Below are positions 1-12,400 of a stretch of DNA of 64,000 nt, piece after piece. The DNA lies in the NCBI GenBank assembly GCA_010909165.1, contig MU008184.1:496001-560000 (forward strand), in the 5' to 3' direction. The position numbers and the translations under genes were made by a program. Under the pieces are notes generated by a model, which searched no databases, was not told the DNA's origin, and saw only the letters and a program-made list of their open reading frames with translations. Position 1 is the first letter of the stretch, and the number at the start of each line of letters is the position of its first letter. The stretch is from Anthoceros angustus (Eukaryota > Plantae > Anthocerotophyta).

Positions 1-589
1 AGCAACGGCAGCTAGACACCCTTCAGTGCTGAACACTCCTGCGCAGGGAACAACGCTTCAGTACAAATGCAAAGGCAGGTGCTGGCTCCGATGCCGGGAG
101 GATGGCCTGATGGCCTAGACAGTGGGCATGGGAACACAGGCTCTTGGCCTGCTCCTGTGGCATCCTCACTCAGGCGTAACTAATTGTAACTACCTTGTAA
201 CCTGCGAAAGTCCACACTTCCCCATAGCAGACTCAGAGCGCCCCTGGATGCTCGGCTCATATGCTCAGGCTCGAAAGAAGCGTTTAAGAAACCATGGCCT
301 AACAGTATCATGCATTTTATATTGATATTATAAATAATATCTCATATGTTTCTGTATTTTGTTTTCACGAATTGATTGCCTCTTTCCTTTAGTATCATGC
401 GTATCATGCATTTTGTAAAACCCTGTAATATAACAACCCCCGTTCTTCGCTGGCTTCTAGTCGGTAACCGCGTTCTAAACATCTACCGAAGGCATTTTAA
501 ACAAGGGTGCTCAAGCCATCTGACCATCAGAGTCGATTGTTTGGAGACAACTAAATTGACGTACAGTAAATGTCGATATCTCGGCCCCG

Positions 590-1800
590 TTTGGATAGTC
601 ACACATGACAACTGTTTGCATCAACCATGCTCCCAGACTAAAACGTACATGTTCATCGATGGTCACAGGCAAAATCAGCTTGAAGCCCTTGTTCGTCGAT
701 CTGGTCATAGAGCTGCCCTCCCACATGAGAAGGTGCCATGGTCACACATGGCTGCAGGAGGTATAAAAAAGTCAGACGATCAGGTGCAACAAAGTCTTCT
801 TCTTGCATTGCCCTCTACAGATGAAGGGCTCAAGTTGTCCCAAGCCCTGACGAGAATATCCTGCTGTCCTGGCATTCCATGTCACCACACCTTCTTTTGC
901 CAAGCTTGTCAAACACACCACAAGCATCGATATCACCCAGGCTGCCACATCCTGCATACATGCTTACCAAACTCCAGGTGTGGAACAATCATCCTTCAGC
1001 CCACGTTCTCCAATTTGTGGGTGAAGCTGCTTCCAGAACTGGGGTACCCACACTAGCACATGCGTGCAGTAGACACACAAATGTCACAGATGTTTTCTGC
1101 GCCATCTAAATGGCCTGCACGCCCTAGAAGATCAGTCATGCAATTGGGATGCTGAATATTAGGTTTCCATGCCATCCTGTTCAGGCATGGAATCAAAGTG
1201 CTTGCGACCTCATTCCCCAGTCCCTCACGACTCCCTGGTCTTAAAAGGGAAGTAAAAGTAGCATCATCAGGCTCACTACGGCGGTGAACATCTCCTCGAA
1301 TCAAGCTAGTGCGTTCTGTGACCTTCATCACAAGTACCACACAAAGCTATCAACCCATTCCATGTCACCACATCCTTCGTGGCTTAGCTGTCAAACACCC
1401 GGCGTGCATCGTCCAGTTCGCCAACTTTGCACACTTCTTGGCTGCGACCTTCCTGTTCATACCCAGAATCAGAGCCGCTCATGTTGCCACATATTTCGTG
1501 TCCAAGTGTCAAGCACCTGGCTTGCATCTTCCAGTTCGACAATTGCATAAATGCCAAGCAGACAAGTGCCCACAGGTGTGCTATCCTCTTTCCAAAGTCT
1601 GTGAATGCAGCTGCCTGGCCTTCTGTAAGGCACCAACGCTTGCCAGGGCCTTCAGAAGCGAAAGTGACATAGTCATCCACAATCAGGCTCTCCTGTTCGA
1701 ATTGCACACAACAGAATACAACCTTCTTGGCCGAGCCTATGCTTGCGTACCCGTGCTTGTCACCGCATCTTTGTGGCTAAGCTGTTGTAGAGTCAGCTCA
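590..1800 (-). pseudogene. Degenerate PLS-class pentatricopeptide repeat (PPR) gene
   Basis: Minus-strand fragments in several frames match PLS/E PPR motifs: 'KVGELDDARRVFDS' (~1384-1430), 'EPDDATFTSLL...GLGNE' and 'KPNIQHPNCMTDLLGRAGHLDGAE' (1090-1280), 'VVTWNARTAGYSRQGLG' (~840-890), 'QLYDQIDEQGLQAD' (~675-715). Multiple frameshifts and stops; boundaries approximate. Confidence 0.75.
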
Positions 1801-2305
1801 TGGGCTCCAGCCGCAACCACTCGTTCAACGTCAACCTGGTTTCCCCAGTCTCTGACTGACTTCTTTTCCTCGGTTCGGCAGGGGGTCCCCAGATGACCCA
1901 GCTGGACAGGAACACAATGGGATACAGAAGAATGAAAGCCCTGCAGGTAGAGGGCGGAGGTGCAGACCCTGGTTGTTTTCCGACGAGTCCCACGGTTCCC
2001 CACCCCCCGGGGAATGTTTGCAGATCCGATGCAACTTACGTAAGAGGTCCTAGATGTCTGTGACTCACGGAAGAAAGTCTGAGATTCTTCCGATTCGGGA
2101 AGTATCCCGCCAGGAAAAGCTGCCTGTTAGGGGAGTCGTCGGCATGGGACTGCGGGAAAAGTTATGAACCAAACTTCACGACTTTGTGTTCTGAATTTGA
2201 ATTGGGTACTAGCACACGACCTCGATGGCCAGTTGTTTAGACTACATATGTATGTACATATGTACTGGCTTTCTGTAATCCTGGCAGGCGACGAAGACCA
2301 GCGGA

Positions 2306-4179
2306 ATGAGGTTGTCGGGAGGCAGCAGTACCTTCTCTGACAAAGAGCGGGACAAGGACTGGGAGGAGCAGGAGAGCTTGATGAGCGAAGAGACTGGTCT
2401 GGGTAACAGGGTGGAATTGAAGAGGGCCAAGGCAGCTGCTCATCACCTCAAGATTCGGTCCCTAATAGTCGCCGCCGTTCTCACCGTCTTCTCCAGCTCA
2501 CAGGTCAGTTGCGGTGATTCGTCATGTTCTTCACACTGCTATGGTTTTAGGCACGATGATTGATGTTTTGTGTGTCTCCTTGATCATGGTGTGGTCAGGG
2601 TATTCTCACCACTTTGTCACAGACCAATGGCAGTTACAGATACGACTATGCTACCATTCCCTTTCTCGGCGAATTACTCAAGGCATGGATTCTTTCTTCA
2701 CTCTAGAGGTGCGGTTGCTGGACTTTCAGTCCAAAAGCTTCCACTTTCAGTAACATTAGTTGTGGTGTATGTGTTCTTGGCTGCTGCAGCTGCTGGTTTG
2801 TGTCTTCATGCTATGGAGGGAATCTAGGACATCCCCCCCTGTGCGTATTACGACAGACTGGAAGAGCGTTCGTCTATTCGTCATTCCATCAATGATATAC
2901 TTGGTGCACAACAATGTCCAGTTCGCAACCTTGACTTATCTGGACACGTCTACCTTCCAAATTATGGGGAATTTGAAGATAGTTACAACTGGTATTCTAT
3001 CCAGGTGGCTGCTTCTCTTGCGAACCTTTTCTACTGCTCTGTAGAGTCCAGCATTGTGGCCCTAGAATTTTGACTCACGGTGGCATCGTTCAGAACATTC
3101 CTGAAGAGAAAGCTGTCCAATTTACAATGGATGGGTATCATATTGTTTACTCTTGGTACTACAACAAGCCAGGTATTGAGATGTGAAACAAGGAGTAGTA
3201 GGGACTCATAGGGCTCTGCTCCTAGGCTCTGGGAGTTCTCAATCGGACCCGTTTGCCCAATATGCAGGTTAAGAGCTGCGGGGAGGCTAACTGTCAAGGA
3301 CTCCTGTCATCGCCATGGCAAGGTTATCTGCTGGGCATTCTATCAGCATGTCTGTCAGCGTCAGCAGGAGTATACACCGAGTTCTTGATGAAGAAGAACA
3401 ACGACTCCCTGTATTGGCAGAATCTGCAGCTATATGCGTAGGTGCCTTCTGCAGTCTCTGGTATCCCTGCCAGAGGAAGTACTATTGCTACCTACCTTCT
3501 GCTGACTCTCGAGGTTCTGGGAAAAGCTTTCCTTCATGTTCTGTGTGGAACTAATTTTCTGTCGTTGTCTGTGTTTGTAGATTTGGGGTCCTGTTCAACA
3601 TGCTTCGGTTAACATGGGATGACATCGGAAGTGGGTATGCAAAGGGAGCCTGGTGGTTCCGTCTTTTCTCTGGTTATGACTTCGTGACTTGGCTGGTAGT
3701 GCTTAACCTCGGTTGGACAGGCCTACTGGTGTCATGGGTCATGAAGTACGCTGACAACATATTGAAGGTACTACTCAACGCCCTCACATTACTTTATGGG
3801 CATCCTCTTGAAAGTTCTGGGCTTCAGTCTGCAAGCAACTGTGCTCTCTTTGATTTACTCGTGTGTAGGTATACTCGACGTCAATGGCAATGCTCTTGAC
3901 GACTGTCGCCTCCGTGTATTTATTCAACTTTGTGCCCACTCTTCAGGTCGGCACGTCTTTGCAATCCGTGAATCCTGAGCTCGCCACATCATTGCGGTTT
4001 CTGATTACCTTGTGTTTGGCTTGCAGTTATTTTTGGGCATTCTCATATGCGGCATGTCTTTGCAAATGTATTTCTCTCCTCCTCACATGCTCGTGGACCT
4101 TCCGGCTTCCCAATCCAAGGGAGGCACTGACAGTTCGTCTTTGCTTCCTGTAATCACAAAGAGCCCTGGAAGCTCTTGA
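2306..4179 (+). CDS. CMP-sialic acid transporter-like nucleotide-sugar transporter (SLC35A family), 8 exons
   Basis: Exons 2306-2503, 2599-2682, 2790-3004, 3094-3172, 3268-3437, 3581-3767, 3869-3946 and 4027-4179 splice in frame. Family motifs: SSQGILTTLSQ..YDYATIPFL, PSMIYLVHNNVQF, FQIMGNLKIVTTGIL, AGVYTEFLMKKNNDSLYWQNLQLY, MKYADNILKVYSTSMAM. Intron 2 is GC-AG. Confidence 0.95.
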
Positions 4180-4289
4180 GACAGCCTCTAATTCATCAGT
4201 ATGCTCCACCTGCGTGCACATTAAACGGATCGTTGTTACCCGATAACGTGCAAGATTTGTAACATGCGAGTTATGGTGTTAGGTCATGT

Positions 4290-6850
4290 CAAACTGGGCG
4301 ATTGCGGGGCTAGTCCCCCTCTCGGCCACATCATCGGCTCGGGCACCTTCGAGTGCGCCGTTGGGATCTCGTGTGGTGGCATCTCGTGTGGCGGCAAGTA
4401 ATTCTACCTGCTGCTCTTTGGGGCACATGGCTGTTGGCCTCGAAGGCCTCTGTGCCGGCGGGCTTTCTAGGGAGTTGGGCCTTCTCTGCCTCATTCTGGC
4501 CTCCCGTTTTTTTAGTAAGAATTCTCACATGTATGAGGCCTTTGTCTCGGGCGTTGAGGAGAGGTTTTTCCTTTTAGGTGTCTTTTAAGGATGATTAAGG
4601 GATCTTTATCCTCCAAGGCTAGAGCTATCATACCTCACTTTTCCTCGTTCTCCGAGGTTGGGTTACGTGGGGTTGTTTTACATGTTCAGGGCGAGCATGA
4701 AAGGATAGGGAGCCTAGCGCTACTTTGGCACATCTACCATTTCCCACCAAATCTTAGCTTACCTTGTACTGTCATGCTCTTAAGTTGACATTGAAGAACT
4801 CTCTTCACGAAATGGTTATCTTATAGGAGATATGCATATCTCTACGAGAAGCAGTACAGGCAGGCGCATCTGGCCCTTCTCCTGGTTCCTCCATTCCCCA
4901 ACCACCCGGGCTTGCCTCTGCTCTTGCTCGGGGAAGGGAGCATGTTCTTGGCTTCTAGCCTGACCTTGCATCCAGGCTTTCCGAATCACACCGGCTTCTT
5001 TTTCTACCATGATGAGGTTCCACCTGGGTTTGGTCTAACATGTGGGGTGCTCTCTTCTGTCCTGCAGCTGTGGGCCCCCCCTCGACGACTTTGGGACTCA
5101 CCTAGCTCGTTGACCCACTGGAGGACAAGGCATCGCTAAGCATGACGCCGTCTGTGACGTCATGTTCTCAATGGCGAAGGAGAGTGGGTTCTTGCCATAT
5201 AGGGAGCACCCATATACTCTGCTCAACAGCGTTTCCCTGAGGGTTGATCTGGATTAGGTGACGGAGGGATGCGCGACAGCGAACCTTCACAAGTACTCAC
5301 CCATGCAGGAAGGCCACGCATTCATCCCCCTTACCATCAAGACCCACGAGGCCATAGGTAAGGATTTCTCACAGTTTATTAAGGCTTGTGCCAAGGCTAC
5401 AACCGCAAGAAGGGGTTGGTCTCCTCCTTTCATGTGTGGTTGCCTTCTTCCACGTGTGTTAATCGCCTTGCGTAGAGCGTGGGCGAACGCAATGTACAAA
5501 GACCAAAGCGCAGGGATGTCACCTTCACAAGTACTCACCCATGCGGGAAGGCCACGCATTCATCCCCTACCATCAAGACCCACGAGGCCATAGGTAAGGA
5601 TTTCTCACAGTTTATTAAGGCTTGTGCCAAGGCTAGAGCTATCATACCTCACTCACTTTTCCTCGTTCTCCGAGGTTACGACATGTTCAGGCGAGCATGA
5701 AAGGATAGGGAGCCTAGCGCTACTTTGGCACATCTACCATTTCCCACCAAATCTTAGCTTACCTTGTCTCGCCATGCTCTTAAGTTGACATTGAAGAACT
5801 CTCTTCACGAAATGGTTATCTTATAGGAGATATGCATATCTCTCACGAGCGATGTGCGTGATCGGCCCTTCTCGGTTCCTCCATTCCCCAACCACCCGGC
5901 TTGCCTTCACCTCGGGAAGGGAGCATGTTCTTGGCTTCTAGCCCCGACCTTGCATCCGTGCTTTCCGAATCACACCGGCTTCTTTTTCTACCATGATGAG
6001 GTTCCACCGGTTTGGTCTAACATGTGGGGTGCTCTCTCCTGTGGCCCCCTCGACGACTTTGGGACTCACCTAGCTCGTTGACCTTTGGAGGACAAGGCAT
6101 CGCTAAGCACGCCGGACGGCGTCATGTTCTCAATGGCGAAGGAGAGTGGGTTCTTGCCATATAGGGAGCACCCATATACTCTGCTCAACAGCGTTTCCCT
6201 GAGGGTTGATCTGGATTAGGTGACGGAGGGATGCGCGACAGCGAACCTTCACAAGTACTCACCCATGCAGGAAGGCCACGCATTCATCCCCCTTACCATC
6301 AAGACCCACGAGGCCATAGGTAAGGATTTCTCCTGGTTTATTAAGGCTTGTGCCAAGGCTTACCACAACCGCAAGAAGGGGTTGGTCTCCTCCTTTCATG
6401 TGTGGTTGCCTTCTTCCGACACTGTGTGTTAATCGCCTTGCAGAGAGCGTGGGCGAACGCAATGTACAAAGACCAAAGCGCAGGGATGTCACCTTCACAA
6501 GTACTCACCCATGCAGGAAGGCCACGCATTCATCCCCCTTACCATCAAGACCCACGAGGCCATAGGTAAGGATTTCTCCTGGTTTATTAAGGCTTGTGCC
6601 AAGGCTTACCACAACCGCAAGAAGGGGTTGGTCTCCTCCTTTCATGTGTGGTTGCCTTCTTCCGACACTGTGTGTTAATCGCCTTGCAGAGAGCGTGGGC
6701 GAACGCAATGTACAAGACGGCAGCAAGCGCAGGGGATGTGTCGTCTTCGGCACCAGTGGTAGGTAGGAAGCATTTTCATAACCCAGAGCACGACATTCTC
6801 GGAGCGCTACGTAGTTTCAAAATGGGCGAACGTGGGGGCTAGTCCCCCTT
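4290..6850 (+). mobile_element. Degenerate non-LTR retrotransposon 3' part with CCHC knuckle and restriction-like endonuclease (CRE/SLACS-like), internally duplicated
   Basis: Reads 'RACLCSCSGKGACSWLLA*P', 'CSCGPPLDDFGTHLAR*PTGG..IAKHDAVCDV..AKESG', 'RVDL' and 'KYSP..HAFIPLTIKTHEAIG', the usual order for RLE-type elements. A ~1-kb unit repeats (starts ~4612 and ~5627), with ~240-bp sub-repeats starting ~5283, 5521, 6245 and 6491. Confidence 0.7.
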
Positions 6851-6921
6851 GGCCAAGTGCCCCCTTGTGGATTGTTCCCTTTCATTTCCGAGGTACATGG
6901 GATTTCTCATCTCTTTTTACT

Positions 6922-8175
6922 ACATGAAGTCTTTGTTCTTTCGAGTTATACTACTCTGTCTACGAGTTTATGGATTTGTGCCTGAAAGGGGTTGCGCAAC
7001 AAACACTCCCCTGAACATGGTGTACGTCATACATGGTTTCTTTAGCGTTCATACGTTGTACATGTTCGATGATCAAGAACTCAATTGACATGGCGGTCAG
7101 GTAAACACAGGTTAGTTCATTTTTGCATTTCTAAGTAACAGTTATAGTTGCCTACTAGTGATTCATCTCCATATTCTTCATATTTGCTAAAAGCTATGCT
7201 CGTTGTTCTCACTTCTAAGCCCGATTCACTAGACAAACACTAGTTGTATGAAGCACGATCATCCTTCTGATCAATACTGAAAGGACTTACGGTAGTTGAA
7301 ACCCTAAACCCTAACTTAAGTAAATATGAATCACTATTTCTTCGCGAGCTATAAGGTCTTCCAGTAGTTGGAACTTGGGCAAACATGAGTCATTGTGTTT
7401 CTCGTTAATGTAATACAAATATTGTCTTGTCTATGCAATACAAATATTGTCTCAATTTTGAATATGAAACATGCTTTCAGTGTGGATGAACTGGGCAAAT
7501 GAAATATAAGAGAATTAAGCAAGATTTTTGTCGAGCCGTGACCCGAGGACGACATGAAGTCTTTGTTCTTTCGAGTTATACTACTCTGTCTACGAGTTTA
7601 TGGATTTGTGCCTGAAAGGGGTTGCGCAACAAACACTCCCCTGAACATGGTGTACGTCATACATGGTTTCTTTAGCGTTCATACGTTGTACATGTTCAGT
7701 GATCAAGAACTCAATTGACATGGCGGTTCAGGGTAAACCTGGTTAGTTCATTTTTGCATTTCTAAGTAACAGTTATAGTTGCCTACTAGTGATTCATCTC
7801 CATATTCTTCATATTTGCTAAAAGCTATGCTCGTTGTTCTCACTTCTAAGCATTCACTAGACAGAACACTAGTTGTATGAAGATCATCATCCTTCGATCA
7901 ATCGAAGGACTTACGGTGGTTGAAACCCTAAACCCTAACTTAAGTAAATATGAATCACTATTTCTTCATGAGCTATAAGGTCTTCCCGAGGTTGGAACTT
8001 GGGCAAACATGAGTCATTGTGTTTCATACGTAATACAAATATTGTCTTGTCTATGCAATACAAATATTGTCTCAATTTTGAATATGAAACATGCTTTCAG
8101 TGTGGATGAACTGGGCAAATGAAATATAAGAGAATTAAGCAAGATTTTTGTCAGAGCCGTGACCCGAGGACGACA
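6922..8175. repeat. Tandem duplication, 2 x ~630 bp, AT-rich, each unit with a short (CCCTAAA)2 telomere-type motif
   Basis: 'acatgaagtctttgttctttcgagttatac...' starts at 6922 and again at 7552; AAACCCTAAACCCTAA at 7299-7314 and 7923-7938. Confidence 0.92.
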
Positions 8176-9132
8176 ATGAGCAAAGACAAAGAACCCAATT
8201 CAAACCCAAAAACTAGGTCTAAACAGGTCCCAGGGTATTTTGCTATTTCCTATTTCCGTAATCTAGAAAATAGGCCGGTATCATTACAATTATCCATCGT
8301 AACTTGGTAACCACGATGGTAAATGCGTATTAGACCAGGTAAATACGGATGACAACCTAGGTGGTTCGACGGCGTGGAACGTAATTTTGGAAGGGTGACA
8401 CGTGGATGGTGGCAAGGGGTCGTTTGACATATAACGAGCCAGAACCCTAGAATTATCAACAACCGTTAACAATAGGCAGGTAGTCACGACCCAAGGACAT
8501 GCGCCAAGAAGGTGGCGGGCGTGAAGCTACGGTACAACATGCAGAGAGGTGGTAGTTACTAGCAATGAAATGACATCTTCCTGCGTGTCGATTACGCCCA
8601 CCGCACTGTAGCTGAGAGAAGAACACCTCCAAACATAGTGTCTTGGCGAGTTCGGGCCTCTCGGCCCGACACCTAGCGGCTCTTTCTTCCTTTGAGCGTT
8701 GTTCGGAAAACTCGCGATCGAGCGCTTTTCCCTCGAGTCTAAAAATGCGTACGAGTTGGCCACGCGGATTGTTCCAGTGTGACCAGCAGCGAGGAGGCAT
8801 GGCTCCCAGAAGAACTGCTATTTGTAGCTCCACGTTGTAAGTATTTTCCTCAAAATGTTTTCTTAATTTTTTAAACTCTTTATTATTATTATTAATCACA
8901 AAAATATGATTGGGCCATTTCACGATGGCGATTGGTATTGTGGTTCCCTTATTATGAATTTCGTTGTAAAGCATTTTTCTTCCAAAATGTGAAGTGAGGA
9001 GGGTATTTTTAAATTAGGTGATTATGTTTGTGGAGGCATGATGAAGCATCCATTCAAGTGCAGAGTGCCACTCGTAAACTCCCTCCATTAATCACCGACC
9101 CTGTGCCACACATAGTCTAGCATGGAGAGAAA

Positions 9133-9185
9133 AGGAGTGGGGGTGGGGGTGGGGGTGAGGGGGAGGGGGTGAGAGGGGAGGGGGC
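9133..9185 (+). repeat. G-rich purine tract with G-quadruplex-type runs
   Basis: ggagtgggggtgggggtgggggtgagggggagggggtgagaggggaggggg. Confidence 0.8.
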
Positions 9186-9439
9186 TGAGTGCTCTAATAC
9201 TAGTCGTCATGCTCTTTAGCATTTTCTCAAGTATTCTTATTGTGAGTGTGTACACCGCCCACAAGTGCGCATTGCCCCGATGGTACATGTTCATACATGC
9301 CCACCTTTCGCAAGCCATCGATGGCCAACCATTGTTGGGCACCAGTGGACTTGGACTCTTGGGGCAGAAATAAGTAGGGTTTTGTTTTTTTTCGAGGGAG
9401 CGAGGATAAAATAAGGCTAAAAGGAGGAATAAGCATGGA

Positions 9440-12400
9440 TAGCACACCGGATGACCGGAGTATACTCCGACCCGGAGTGAGCAACGCACTCCCTACTATG
9501 GCAACCGACCACGCTGTAACGGATAAGTCCGGACCCACCTGTGTCCAAGCAGAGGGAGTGGAAAGTAACTTAGAAGTTGAGCCGTGAGGACTGACCAGGC
9601 GGCGCCACGTGACGGCCCCGAGTGGAGGTCGGCATGCACCGGCCAGACCGACCGCTGGGCCGCAGGCAGTGTATTCACGCCGACGCGCGGCGTAAGGCCG
9701 TAGGTACGCGTAAGGCCGCAGTAAGCGAGGCGTAAGGTCGAATAAGCCATGCATGCACGCGCTACGACAGAAGAGGCGCCTTCCGCCCCGTTTTACAAGG
9801 CGCCAAGGGGAAGGTCATTTCACGCACCGAGACACTCGCAGCCTGCGCCGCAACCCGCTCGGGCGCTATCTCTTGAGCGCCCAAGCACCTTCGAGCGGTT
9901 CACCGCCGGTTGGAGCGAACGCGGGCGAGGAGGGCGATCGTGCTGAACTCCGGCCAGCAGCCGACAAGGGGAGACGAAGGCGATGGCACCCAAAAGCATG
10001 GAAGTTTGGGAGCCATGGAACCTCGTGAGCGCAACATTGTGACCCGCGCTATCCGGACTTTGGGCCCGGGCCGGAGGAAGCGGAGAATTAGTGAGGAGTG
10101 GCACTGGATGCGTCGGGTCCGACGCTCGACGCCTACCCGTCCGGAGTTCGCCCAAGATGTTGGCGGGCAACAAGGAGGTGCGGTCCAAGAACCTCCGGAG
10201 GACCCGAGGCGATGGACCTTGAGGTCCCGAGGCGCCTACAACCGCCCAAAGGAGGAAGAAGGGGAGGTGCCGAGCCCCTCAAGGCGGGAAGATAGGGCCG
10301 CAAGCGGGCCGAGGCTCGACGCAGGACCACCAACGGCTTGATATCCGACCGCCGACAATGAGTAAGGGCGGTAGCCCGGATCATTGTCCATTGAACTCGC
10401 CACCAAGGTGGATCACCTTGGTGATAACTGCTGGTATTCCCGCATGCGCTACAATGGGGAAGAGGGCGACTGGGAAGGATTATCTTCGCCTTAGCCAGAG
10501 GCCCGCAAGCTCGGACCGAGAAGCCTCGCCATTCTGGGCCCCCATACCGATCCATGTATGGGGACATTTCGAGCTCTCAAGGAGGGAGAGCTTGAGCGGC
10601 GCCCGAAAGGACCGAGGCCCCGCCAAGTGGAGCTGCAAGGGCGCCGAGGTGGGAGGCCGACCAAGGCCAAACGGACCCGGAGGAGGACGATCGAGGGAAT
10701 TGACTCCATACGTCGAACGGACCCCTCACCACCTGTGGAAGTATGGGAGGAAATCCCCGCCTCCTCCTCGGTGCCCCAACCGAGCAGCCAGCAGGAGGCC
10801 CAACCCCCAGCCCACCCACCACAACCACACCAGGAGCTCACGGACTGGGAACCAAGAGACGCAAGACCATGTACCAACGCAAGACCTCGGGACGGTGCCA
10901 AGATTCTTACCCCGCCACCTGAGTGGCAAGAAGCTGAGGAAGCAAGGAGGGCGAAGGGACGCCCAGTGAGCAGGAGGACACCGCAGCAGACCGAGTCCTG
11001 CCTCCCTGTGAAGGGCAAAAGGGCTTGCCCCTGACTCACCTCCGAGCCCCGTGGAGAAAAAGGGCGGAGAAGGAGCTCGCGCCAAAAGGGCCAAGGAGGG
11101 TGAAGCGAAGCCAAGACTCGTGACCTAAGGGTCCCGATTAGGTCCGGAGAACCCCCCGACTTACTCCTGACACAGATGGAGGTCCTCGGATCACAAATGC
11201 CTCCCACTACGGACTTTGTGGGAGCCTCACCGGCCGTGGAAGAAACACGGTGGTCCTGCTACTGCCATGGACAGATGCTTTGGGGTCTCTGGATGGCCGA
11301 GAAGACCTGGAGGTAGAAGCCACCCGAGGCGCATGGTACTCCTCCAGAGCAGCTTGAGGGGCCCAGAGGAGGAAGGCCAAGCTCTCGGATTGAGGAAGGG
11401 AAACGCCGGAGGCCGAGAGGGAAGTCCGTCCATCCGCAAGGACCGGACTAAATTCCTTCACCGGAGGAGCAGCAAGCTAAGGAGGCCAAGCGGCCGAGGA
11501 CCTCTGCAGGGGTAGCGCAGCAGAGGCTAAGAGGCCCGGGCAAGCGAGAGGGCCTGGACCGTGAGGCGGCCCCGACCAGACCAGAGCCAAGCCGAGAGGC
11601 TGTGAAGGTGGCCAAGGAGGCGGCCACGGGGGACCGCGATCACTATCGCGTGATCGAACCGTGGAGGGAGGCTACCGGGTAGCCACGGCCAATCAAGGCC
11701 GAGCAGCAAGAGAGCAAGCACGACGAGCCGTGGTAAACACTGGAGGCCAAGACCCGGAAAGGGGGACCTGTGCAGCAGGAGGTAGAAGGGAGGCGCAGGA
11801 GCCGGAGGACAAGAAGGACACCTTGGAGTTACAACCCAAGACGCTGGAGCAAGGGGTTCTCAACGAGAGTCCAAGACTTCGAGATAGAGCGCCCTCCGCC
11901 TCAAGATGGAGCAGGAGGCGGCGGAGCAAGCGCGACACCAGCTGTGAAGTCGCGAAGGAGATGGAGGATCTCCTGACTCACCCGTGAGGTGGAGCAAAGA
12001 AGGAGATGGAAGACCGCAAGGAGACCTTGAGTCAGCAGCCCAAACTACCATTGAGAGGAATGGTAGTCTCAGACTGGTCGCGAACGCGAACGGAAATAGA
12101 GCGGCCCGCCTGCTATGGACGAGGCAAGACGGCGATGGAACAGGAGTGGACGCCGAGATGGAGAAGGGCCTGGCGAAGCCCGCACCGCAGTTGCCCGACC
12201 GTCTGGAGAGGGAGATGGAGTTAACAGCCTGTAATGGACAGAGAGGCGAGAGCACCGGAAGCGCATAAGAAGCCCGGGTCCATGAGGAAGGCGGGGAACG
12301 CGCTATGGCCGGTAAGTCGGCACGGGAGAAGCGACGGAGTTGGAGTGTGGAGCAACAATGAGCCATGGAGGTGACCGAGGCAGCTGCACGCGAAGCAGCC

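Noticed and set aside
376-1896. Plus-strand ORFs of 226 and 195 aa
   Set aside because: They are antisense to the PPR relic and have no recognisable domain.
7299-7938. Telomere or chromosome-fusion site
   Set aside because: Only two repeat units per copy, which is common as interstitial telo-box-like motifs.
8200-9000. 172-aa minus-strand ORF
   Set aside because: No family motif recognised and the 5' part is low-complexity AT-rich.
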